From: an uncultured Marinilabiliaceae bacterium
GTDB taxonomy: Bacteria > Bacteroidota > Bacteroidia > Bacteroidales > VadinHA17
DNA length: 64,000 bases
NCBI GenBank assembly: GCA_942491535.1
Contig: CALOBV010000006.1
Span: forward strand, 2,483 to 66,482
Reading direction: 5' to 3'
Notes under the pieces: model-generated
Databases searched by the model: none
What the model was told of the DNA's origin: nothing
What the model saw: only the letters and a program-made list of their open reading frames with translations
Program-made: the position numbers and the translations under genes
Part shown: piece by piece, positions 1 to 8,521 of the stretch
Numbering within the stretch: the stretch's first letter is position 1
Layout: every line of letters starts with the position of its first letter

Positions 1-433
1 CATTTAAGATAAAGTCCAGATCACACTCATCACCACCCACTCCTGCATCGGCGACAGGTATAGTATATACAGTAATAAAATCAGTCTTTGTCTCTGTATG
101 TGGCCCACCATCATCTGTTATAGTAAGAGCATTAGCAGTCTTTTGTTCCCAGGGGTAGAATAGAATATCGTATGAGGGCCGATAGTATTTGCAGTTGCCT
201 AAAGAAGCACCATCTCCAAAATTCCAGGAATAACTAACTGTGCCTGTTGTACCTGAAGAGTTATCAGTGAAGGTAAGGTTACTACCAGTACATACTGTTG
301 TAATATCAGCTGTGAAATCTGCAGTCTGTGCAAAGCCCACAATAGGTAAAAGAAGAAGGAGGGTGATCAGAAAAGATAATTTGGCAGATCTTCTCCAGAT
401 ATTTTCAAAAATAAATCCGATGATTGATTTCAT
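1..433 (-). CDS. PKD-domain secreted protein, N-terminal part (gene runs off the window start)
   Basis: Absent from the ORF track because it has no stop in the window. Reverse complement from the ATG at 433..431 reads MKSIIGFIFENIWRRSAKLSFLITLLLLLPIVGFAQTADFTADITTVCTGSNLTFTDNSSGTTGTVSYSWNFGDG... with no stop down to position 1. Shows a signal peptide and a PKD-type motif (FTDxS...WxFGDG). Confidence 0.7.
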   Translation of the reverse strand, partial: MKSIIGFIFENIWRRSAKLSFLITLLLLLPIVGFAQTADFTADITTVCTGSNLTFTDNSSGTTGTVSYSWNFGDGASLGNCKYYRPSYDILFYPWEQKTANALTITDDGGPHTETKTDFITVYTIPVADAGVGGDECDLDFILN

Positions 434-1074
434 AATAGTATTGCCTTAGGTTGAGAGGACAATGCTTTGTAATTGCCTATTGGGGTAAGCTTTAACAAAC
501 TTCTATTCTTTATAAAAATAAGACGAAACTGAAGTAAAGGTGAGATCATTATTTGACTCCGGGCATGCTTTCGCTCCGTCAGTCCCACTGGATAAGTGTC
601 TAACGAATTAATAAAATGTCCCTGCTTTTTTTTTAGCAGTGACAGCTACCCTGTAATGAATCAATTGGTTCATTACTGCGTTGAAAATACAAGTTTAAAC
701 CTTGGTGGCCAGACTCAGCTAAATGTTAGGTCAATATCAAATTTAGGAAAAAAAAGGGTACTGTAATACAAAATTTGATAAACGACCTCAAACTTTAGAT
801 AAGCATACAGATTATGTAATACTAAGTGAATATTCATTCTCCTCCCAATATAAACCCGGCCAGATCAATGCTTATTTCCGTGAGGCCGGGGATGATCATA
901 ATAGTGCCAGTTGATGCCCACCATTATTCAGGAGACCTCGCCTCCCAAAGTCGTTAGTTTTCTATTTGCAGAACCCTGGAACAAAGGGCTAGCCGAAGAA
1001 TAAAAGTAAGATACCGGAATTTGATTCTCTGCTAAAATTTCTTAATATTATTGTCTATTACAAAATCATGCAGA

Positions 1075-3385
1075 ATGAAGCACCTGCTCCTTTTGTTGGT
1101 CTTATTGCCAGGTTTAGCCTATGGACAGAAGTATTATACCATAAGTGGTAAGATTACTGATTCAGATACAGGTGAAGATCTTATTGGAGTGTCGGTGGTG
1201 GCTCCGGAAATTATAAAAGGAATAGCATCAAATTCATACGGCTTCTATTCTCTCTCTCTACCGCCAGGAAAATACTTATTACGATACAGTTATATGGGTT
1301 ACAATAGTGAGGATCGGGAGATCTTGCTTGATAAAAACTTCAGTATAGATATAGAATTAGAGCCTGCTGTTCTTGATATTGATGAGATTATTGTATCATC
1401 TGAAAGAGATGACAGGAATATAAGCAGAATTGAAACAGGTGTTGAAATACTAAACCTGAAGAAAATAGAAACCCTTCCTGTATTCTTTGGAGAAAAAGAT
1501 TTATTAAAAACTATTCAATTGTTACCTGGAATTAATATTAGCTCTGAAGGTAGTACCGGGCTTAATATTCGAGGCGGATCGATGGGACAAAACCTGATTC
1601 TCCTGGATGAGGCCCCGGTATATGGCGCTGCACACCTGGCGGGATTCTTTTCTGTATTTAACTCCGAAGCAATTAAGGATGTTACGATATATAAAGGAGG
1701 CGTGCCAGCCAGCTACGGAGGGAGAGCATCTTCAGTACTTGATATAAAAATGAATGAGGGAAATAACAAATCTTTTAGTATGTCAGGAGGTATCGGACTG
1801 GTATCCTCCAGATTAACCGTAGAAGCTCCCCTTATTAAAGACAGAATGTCTTTTATACTCTCAGGAAGAAGAACATACGCCGACCTGCTTGCCAAAGCTG
1901 TCTTCCCCGGAGACATAATCAGAGACGATATGCAATTTTATTTCTACGACTTTAATGCTAAGATTAACTATATCATAAATAATAATAACAGGGTATTCCT
2001 GTCTGGCTTTTTCGGTAAAGATGTTTTAGCACTCGGCAGCGATATTGGTGCAAATTGGGGAAACTCCACAGGTACACTAAGGTGGAACTATATCGTAAAT
2101 AAGAAACTATTCTTACGGTCATCATTAATTTATTCCAGGTATACTTACGGTTTTATCTTTGGGCAGACGAGCATGAACCTCAGAACAGGTATTGAAGATA
2201 TAATTTTAAAGGAGGATGCAACTCTCTACCTTAACCCGGATAACACATTGAAATTCGGCGTAAAATATACTTATCATTATTTCAGACCGGGAGAGTTAAA
2301 CCTATCAAATACCTTAATCTCAGGTATAGGTGCTAAAGAAAAAAGAGCTTTTGAGGCAGCTGCTTATATGCAGAATGATCAAAACATAACTGAGAGTCTA
2401 AGTGCAAATTATGGTCTGCGACTATCAGTTTTCAGCCAGATCGGGCCGGGTTGGTTCTACAATTACGCAAGCAATAGAGAACCTGTAGACTCTACTTACT
2501 TTGACCGAGGCAATCTTGCTTATCCCCAATTTAGTGTTGAGCCCAGGATTTCAGTTAACTACAGGTTTAATAATAAGAGCTCTCTTAAGCTTTCTTATAA
2601 CAGGATGTCACAGCACCTGCATCTTTTATCCAATACCACATCGGGCTCTCCTGCTGATGTATGGATGCCTTCCAGTAATAATCTGAAATCTGTTTTTGTT
2701 GATCATATTTCTGCCGGTTTTTTCAGGAATTTCAGCGATAATAGTATTGAAACATCTGCTGAAATATATTACAAAAACATTCACAACACGCCTGATTATA
2801 AGGATGGTGCCGACATAATCTTCGACCAGCATGTAGAATCGCAAGTACTCCAGGGTAAGGGAAGAAGTTACGGGCTTGAGCTGTATGCCGGGGAAAAAAT
2901 CCGGGAGGTTTTCAGGATGGATAAGCTATACCCTTTCCAGAACTGAAAATAAAATTGAAGGCATAAATAATTATCAGTGGTACCCCGTCAGGTATGATAA
3001 GACTCATGATCTGTCTGTAGTTACAAGCTATAAATTAAGTAAGCGCCTAAGCATTTCGGGAGTCTGGGTATATTCCACAGGGAATGCAGTTACATTCCCG
3101 AGTGGAAAAAATATTATTGAAAATATGCCTGTACCCTATTATACAGCACGAAATGGATATCGTATGCCATCTTATCACAGATTTGATTTAAGCTTAACTC
3201 TTAAGAGCAAGATTAACAGGAAATTCAAATCATCCTGGGACTTTTCAATTTATAACCTGTATAACAGGCAAAACGCTTATATAATTAGTTTTCGAGAAAG
3301 TGAGACCACTCCGGGAAAGACTGAAGCAGTACAGCTGAGCCTTTTCGGAATAGTACCATCTATTACCTGGAAATTTAATTTTTGA
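1075..3385 (+). pseudogene. TonB-dependent receptor (CarboxypepD_reg + plug + barrel), frameshifted
   Basis: ORFs 1051..2946 and 2876..3385 overlap in different frames. N-terminus is MKHLLLLLVLLPGLAYGQ (ATG at 1075), then YTISGKITDSDTGEDLIGVSVV (carboxypeptidase-regulatory-like fold) and a plug region (LPGINISSEGSTGLNIRGG). Removing one base from the G4A6 run at 2890..2899 gives ...GRSYGLELYAGKKSGRFSGWISYTLSRTE..., the usual barrel continuation. The C-terminus ends in ...SITWKFNF. Confidence 0.8.
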
Positions 3386-3389
3386 TGCA

Positions 3390-4206
3390 ATGATTAAAGT
3401 AAGAATCCTTCTGATAATTATGGTTGATAATCAGCTCCTGCGAGAAAATTATTGAAATAGATCTCAACGAGTCTGAAGATCATTTTGTTGTTGAAGCTAT
3501 TATATGTAAAGACTCAGTATGTATCGTTAACTTATCAAAAACTTCAAGCTATTACTCCTGGACGAACAGGTATACGTTGAAGATGCTGAGGTAATAATAT
3601 CAGATGGTGTATTATCAGATCTCTTAAGATTATACCGGAACCGGGATATATAAGGGTAGTACTGTTACCGGAGCTCAGGACAAAGCCTATACTATCAAAT
3701 TTCTTACCGAAGGCAAAAATTATGAAGGATCCTCTTATCTGCCCCCTGGTTCGATAATTAGCCAGGTAGATTATAGTATTTCTGAGGAACAGAGTCACCT
3801 TAACCCATTTGGCGATAGAGTGGTAAGTGTGAATTGTACTTTCGAAGATGATGTAAATGAAGATAACTTTTATTTGATACGTTTCAGCGATGAGGATGGC
3901 AGACTGATTGAAAGATATTACCTGCTTACTGAAAATGAATCCAATTCAGGCAGATATAGATTTTCATAATGGTTATATAAGCTTTTCTGAAAGCATATTC
4001 TATGAAGGCGAGTATATCTTGAAGTACAGCTATTTTCCGTGGATGAGACTATTTATAACTACTTCTTACAATTAACTGACATCTTATTCTGGAAAAGAAG
4101 GATTATGCCTCCCAGTCCATATAATCCCCTATCAAATATCAGCAATGGGGCAGTTGGATTTTTTGCTGCCTGGTCACTTGACTCAGAGGTCCTGATACTT
4201 GAATAG
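3390..4206 (+). pseudogene. DUF4249-like lipoprotein (usual partner of this TonB-dependent receptor class), multiply frameshifted
   Basis: No ORF of 60 aa or more on the + strand here, but pieces read across three frames: MIKVRILLIIM / LIISSCEKIIEIDLNESEDHFVVEAIICKDS / VYVEDAEVIISDGVLSDL / YKGSTVTGAQDKAYTIKFLTEGKNYEGSSYLPPGSIISQVDY...FYLIRFSDEDG / ...PYNPLSNISNGAVGFFAAWSLDSEVLILE*. At least four frame breaks. The family call is from memory of the lipoprotein start and the NP.SNI.GA.G.F.A C-terminal pattern. Confidence 0.55.
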
Positions 4207-4419
4207 CTAACTCTATATAGCCAGTATCCAGGGATTAATTTTTAAAAGGAACAATATCCCGTCTTTTCAAAACAATCTATTGATACTTTAATCCTTTTAA
4301 TTGTAAACTACCGGCTCTTTAATAGAATAATTATTTTTTGAGTCTTATAGAAAATAGTTGATTTCAAAATATTTACTGCTTAACTTTGTTATAAACAGGC
4401 ATTATGGAAGGCATTGAGC

Positions 4420-5427
4420 ATGGAGAGCAAGGAGGAAAATAAGAATTCATGGATGGATGTGGTTAGAAAGTATAATAAACCAGATCCCGCAAAAAGTATC
4501 TGGCAGCTTGTTAATTCGTTTGTTCCTTACATACTTCTATGGTATCTAATGTACCTGTCGCTCGGGGTCTCATATTTTATCACCCTCGGATTATCAATTC
4601 TTGCTGCTGCCTTCCTGGTAAGGTTGTTTATCATCTTTCATGACTGCGGACATGGTTCTTTCTTTAAATCGGCAAAGGCAAACAGGATAATCGGAACAAT
4701 ACTGGGCAGCCTGGTATTTACACCCTATGATCGCTGGCACCAGACTCATGCCAGGCACCATTCTACAGTAGGCAATCTCGATAGCAGAGGCGAAGGAGAT
4801 GTGTGGACTCTAACAGTTGAAGAGTATCAACAATTGCCAAAGAAGAAGAAACTGGTATACAGAATTTACAGGAACCCGGTAATTCTCTTTGGAATAGGTC
4901 CTGTTTTACTCTTTGTACTGGCGTTCAGGTTTACAAGAAAGAAAATGAATTCGCAGGAAAGAAAAAGCATCTATATTGCCAACCTGATTATGGCCCTGTA
5001 TGTTATCGGCTTAATATTTTTACTTGGCTGGAAGGAGTTTCTAATGATACAACTACCAATAATTTACCTGGCAGCAAGCGGTGGAGTATGGTTGTTTTAT
5101 GTTCAACACCAGTATGAGGGAGTTGTATGGGCACGACAGGATGAATGGGATTACAGGAAAATGGCCATGGAAGGAAGTTCCTACCTGAAGCTTCCTAAAA
5201 TATTACAGTGGTTCTCAGGAAATATAGGCTTTCACCATATTCATCATCTAAGCCCGATGATTCCAAATTATAATCTTGAAAAATGTCAGAAGGAAAATGA
5301 AATGTTCAAGGCAATCAAGCCGGTAACATTTATTCCCAGCATCAAGACTCTGAAACTTAGATTATGGGATGAAAAGAAAGGAAGGCTGGTCTCTTTCAAA
5401 AACCTCAGATCTTCCTCTGCAGTCTAG
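4420..5427 (+). CDS. Membrane fatty acid desaturase (three His-box, di-iron)
   Basis: His boxes HDCGH, HARHH and HHIHH in the canonical order, with TM segments between them. ATG at 4420 lies two codons inside the track ORF, which opens with TTG at 4414. Confidence 0.85.
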   Translation: MESKEENKNSWMDVVRKYNKPDPAKSIWQLVNSFVPYILLWYLMYLSLGVSYFITLGLSILAAAFLVRLFIIFHDCGHGSFFKSAKANRIIGTILGSLVFTPYDRWHQTHARHHSTVGNLDSRGEGDVWTLTVEEYQQLPKKKKLVYRIYRNPVILFGIGPVLLFVLAFRFTRKKMNSQERKSIYIANLIMALYVIGLIFLLGWKEFLMIQLPIIYLAASGGVWLFYVQHQYEGVVWARQDEWDYRKMAMEGSSYLKLPKILQWFSGNIGFHHIHHLSPMIPNYNLEKCQKENEMFKAIKPVTFIPSIKTLKLRLWDEKKGRLVSFKNLRSSSAV

Positions 5428-5567
5428 AAAAGAATGTATATTTTTAATCCCCAGTTATAAATTATATGAGGCAGTGGTCGTAACTGTCGTAAAGATGTCA
5501 TAGATTCGGCGCAATCAACGTCGTACGCGACAATTACCTTTGAGCCATAACCAAAACAAAAAAAGCT

Positions 5568-6146
5568 ATGAAAGATTTGGGCTCACGTTTATCAGAATTC
5601 AGAAAGGCAAAAGGCCTTTCTCAGGAGAATCTTGCCGAGGATGCAGGTATAAGCCTCAGAACACTCCAGAGGATAGAAAAAGAGGGAACTAACCCACATG
5701 GTGATACTTTAAAAAGAATTGCCGAGGTGCTTGATATAAGTATTGACGAACTTGTTGATCACTCCCTCGAAATTAATTATAACTATATAAGAGGAATGCA
5801 TTATTCAAGCCTTCTCTTTGTAATTATACCACTGGCCAACATTATCCTGCCTCTAATATTCTGGATGAGAAAAAAAGATAAGGTTAAGGACCTGTCTGCT
5901 TATGCAATGAATCTAATTAACTGGCAGATCACCTGGATAATCATGGTATTTATTCCACTTGCAATTATTATCCCTAAATTTTATTTTGTAAGCAGGAGTA
6001 TAGAAATGCCAAAGCCGGTTAGCCTGATAATGCTTTATCCCCTGGTAATGATGATTATAAACTTTATCTACACTTTTATTGCCGGACTGCTTGTCTCAGA
6101 AAAATACAGAAACCTCTTCCCTCTTTCGATAAGATTCTTAAGATAA
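5568..6146 (+). CDS. XRE-family HTH regulator fused to a C-terminal multi-pass membrane domain
   Basis: N-terminal LSEFRKAKGLSQENLAEDAGISLRTLQRIEKEGTNPHGDTLKRIAEVLDISIDELV is a classic HTH_3 domain. About four hydrophobic helices follow (LLFVIIPLANIILPLIFW, ITWIIMVFIPLAIIIP, LIMLYPLVMMIINFIYTFIAGLLV). Confidence 0.75.
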   Translation: MKDLGSRLSEFRKAKGLSQENLAEDAGISLRTLQRIEKEGTNPHGDTLKRIAEVLDISIDELVDHSLEINYNYIRGMHYSSLLFVIIPLANIILPLIFWMRKKDKVKDLSAYAMNLINWQITWIIMVFIPLAIIIPKFYFVSRSIEMPKPVSLIMLYPLVMMIINFIYTFIAGLLVSEKYRNLFPLSIRFLR

Positions 6147-6161
6147 TCATTAAAATATGAG

Positions 6162-6197
6162 GCCTCCATCTGACTAAGTCAGATGGAGGCTTATTCT
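6162..6197 (+). terminator. Rho-independent terminator after the XRE gene
   Basis: Perfect 13-bp stem gcctccatctgac / gtcagatggaggc (6162..6174 and 6178..6190) with a 3-nt loop, followed by ttattct. Confidence 0.7.
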
Positions 6198-6333
6198 GTA
6201 ATGCCATAACTAATAATACTTTTCAGGAATATTTTTATTTGCATTCAGTTTGCTATAGCAGAAATTTGACTGCCCTTGATTAACTTTTATATATCTTTAT
6301 TCATATTTCTGTTCTCAACAAAATGATATACAC

Positions 6334-8490
6334 ATGAAAATGACCAGCCGGTTTTTACTGATATTCGCACTTTTAATCTTTAGCTACACTTATGTATCTG
6401 CACAAAACGCAACATATAAAACCAACAATGGCCTTTCCATCGGCTTTGGCATTGGAGGAAGCTACCAGCAATCTGATATTGCCAATTCCATGGGGGCAGG
6501 ACTGGATCTCTCCCTGGGAAGCAATATCTTCCGTAAAGAGGGCGCCTTTCTCGCTATGGATTGGAAATTTCGTTTCCTTGCCGGCGAAAACCAGGCCTGG
6601 GACCACAGGATAAACGTTGATGATACTTACAGTAATATCCGCTACAGGTTCTTTAATTATGATCTTGAGCTCGGACTCACCCTGAACAGGCTAAGAGAAA
6701 GAACAGGTATTATACTGTCTGGTTTTCTTGGAGCAGGTTTAACACACGGATTAACATCCTCTGACCTTCTTAATGATAGCGACTTAGCTTATAATTATTC
6801 TGTTATCGACCCCACTGCCGGGCGCAGTACTATCGTTGCTGATTTAAAAAATCTCAGCGACGGATCTTTCGAAACGGAGCTTGTTAACAAAGCAGCCCTC
6901 CTCCCTACTGCAGGCATCTACCTTGGATACCAATTCTCTCCGCGCTTTTCAATTGGTATTGGCCATAAAGTAAACTTCTCACTGAGTGAAAATAACAGCG
7001 CTACCGGCATTGATATTGATAATAGGGTTCTTGATGGATCCTCCCTGGATATGAACCACTATACCAGTATTGGATTCAGGTGGTACTTCGGGGGCAAGAC
7101 CTCAGGTTCAGGCAATACAAAGCAAGCAGCCCTTGTAAACAGGGAACCAATTACTGAAATAATTTCACCAATCCCTTCTGCATCCGCCCTTCCTGAAATA
7201 GATATTACCATTCCATACAGGGATCCCTTTGTCAGTAATAACAGGAATATAAATGTAACTGCAAGGTTTATGAGGATAAGCAGCCGGGAAGATATAAAGG
7301 TGGAATTAAATGGGAATGAAGCAAGTTTTGAATTCTTCCCTGAGGCAGGAAAAATAGAGATGGCAGTAGAGATGATTAACGACACAAGTGTACTCTCTAT
7401 TACCGGTAGAAATAAAGAAGGCATAGCTTCTGATGATATAGTTCTTATCTACAGGGAGCAAAGTGATGCCAATAAAACTGTAGTAAGTACTGTTCAGGCT
7501 GCAGTTACCTTACCAACGCAGGTAAACCAGGCATCTACGATAACTGAAAATACCAGGGTTAACCAGTCTAACATGGTAAATCAGAACATACAGGAAAACC
7601 GATCCCAAAGGACTCAAAACACAAATATTACACAGGAAACCCCAAAAACCCAGGTCCCTCAAATTAGTTTTATCAATCCACCCTCACCCCTGACGGTAAA
7701 TAACAATATCTTTTCAATAAAAGCTAAGGCATTAAATGTAAAGGCATGGCAGGATGTACAGGTAGTGATAAATGGTTCTGCAAACAGTTTTTTCAATTTT
7801 ACATCCGACGGCACTATCTCTCTTAATATAGGATTGAAAGAGGGGGTTAATGAGGTTATTATAAGCGGAAGCAATGAGGCAGGTACTGCCAGAGAAAAAA
7901 CCAGTATAACATACAAAAAGGCAATAACAGCACCGGCGATAATACCGACAACAGATATTGTTCCTGTAACAGATACAGTTACCACAAGCGTGGTAGTACC
8001 GACAACAAATATTGTACCTGTAACAGATACAGTTACCACAAGCGTGGTAGTACCGACAACAGATATAGTACCTGTAACAGAAATAACACCTACAACGGTT
8101 ATTACCCCGGCCACAGTGATTACTCCAGGCGGCATCAGGATTAACCCTGGTAATTCAGACTGGCAATTTTGCCTTGTCACACCATCAGGCACATACAACA
8201 GGTCTAAGCTCAGCAACAGTAATTTCAGGTATTCCGGATCGGCCAGCAGCCTTTACTTCAAACCAATAGGTGGTGGTGGCGAAGCTATTGTTAAGGGACA
8301 GGCTTACAGGCTCAGTCCAGGAAAAGATTATCTTTTTACCGGCAGCCTGACGGTTACGGTCAGCACCTCCAATCCCGGATCTATGGGACACTGGTCGGTA
8401 TGTATTGAGTCAGACAAAGAACCCGTATCGGGAAGCGGTAAAAACAGACCTACCAGTCCATGTGAGCAGACGGTTGACAAAAAGAAGTAA
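6334..8490 (+). CDS. Secreted protein: N-terminal OMP-like beta-barrel, two Ig-like domains, low-complexity linkers, Cys-containing C-terminal domain
   Basis: Signal peptide MKMTSRFLLIFALLIFSYTYVSAQ. Residues ~30-250 are amphipathic Gly/aromatic strands ending in YTSIGFRWYFGG. Then two ~85-aa Ig-like segments, a Q/N/T-rich linker, (PTTDIVPVTDTVTTSVVV)x~2.6 and a ~130-aa C-terminal domain. Confidence 0.7.
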   Translation: MKMTSRFLLIFALLIFSYTYVSAQNATYKTNNGLSIGFGIGGSYQQSDIANSMGAGLDLSLGSNIFRKEGAFLAMDWKFRFLAGENQAWDHRINVDDTYSNIRYRFFNYDLELGLTLNRLRERTGIILSGFLGAGLTHGLTSSDLLNDSDLAYNYSVIDPTAGRSTIVADLKNLSDGSFETELVNKAALLPTAGIYLGYQFSPRFSIGIGHKVNFSLSENNSATGIDIDNRVLDGSSLDMNHYTSIGFRWYFGGKTSGSGNTKQAALVNREPITEIISPIPSASALPEIDITIPYRDPFVSNNRNINVTARFMRISSREDIKVELNGNEASFEFFPEAGKIEMAVEMINDTSVLSITGRNKEGIASDDIVLIYREQSDANKTVVSTVQAAVTLPTQVNQASTITENTRVNQSNMVNQNIQENRSQRTQNTNITQETPKTQVPQISFINPPSPLTVNNNIFSIKAKALNVKAWQDVQVVINGSANSFFNFTSDGTISLNIGLKEGVNEVIISGSNEAGTAREKTSITYKKAITAPAIIPTTDIVPVTDTVTTSVVVPTTNIVPVTDTVTTSVVVPTTDIVPVTEITPTTVITPATVITPGGIRINPGNSDWQFCLVTPSGTYNRSKLSNSNFRYSGSASSLYFKPIGGGGEAIVKGQAYRLSPGKDYLFTGSLTVTVSTSNPGSMGHWSVCIESDKEPVSGSGKNRPTSPCEQTVDKKK
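7945..8085 (+). repeat. 54-bp coding tandem repeat, ~2.6 copies (18-aa unit PTT[DN]IVPVTDTVTTSVVV)
   Basis: Units at 7945..7998 and 7999..8052 are nearly identical. A third partial unit starts at 8053. Confidence 0.85.
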
Positions 8491-8521
8491 GCGAACCGAT
8501 ATATATAATCACACTGCGATA

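Noticed and set aside
240-449. 69-aa + strand ORF at the window start
   Set aside because: It lies antisense to a much better supported minus-strand reading frame (signal peptide plus PKD domain, open from 433 to position 1). Its own translation is low-complexity and Arg/Lys-rich.
928-942. B12-box-like string ttcaggagacctcgcc in the 600-bp leader upstream of the TonB-dependent receptor, suggesting a cobalamin riboswitch
   Set aside because: The string needs an insertion to match the AGYCMGGAGACCKGCC consensus. I could not find the other conserved elements (GGTG.AA.TCC, CCCGC.ACTGT, GCCACTG) in the right order on either strand. The receptor is the CarboxypepD_reg/DUF4249-partner type, not BtuB-like. 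A covariance-model scan (RF00174) of 450..1075 would settle it.
7659-8216. 185-aa minus-strand ORF across the 54-bp repeat region; also 12629..13090 (153 aa), 51821..52315 (164 aa), 57555..57998 (147 aa), 62060..62473 (137 aa) and 40020..40445 (141 aa)
   Set aside because: All are antisense to genes with clear family motifs. Repeat or biased composition keeps the opposite strand open by chance.
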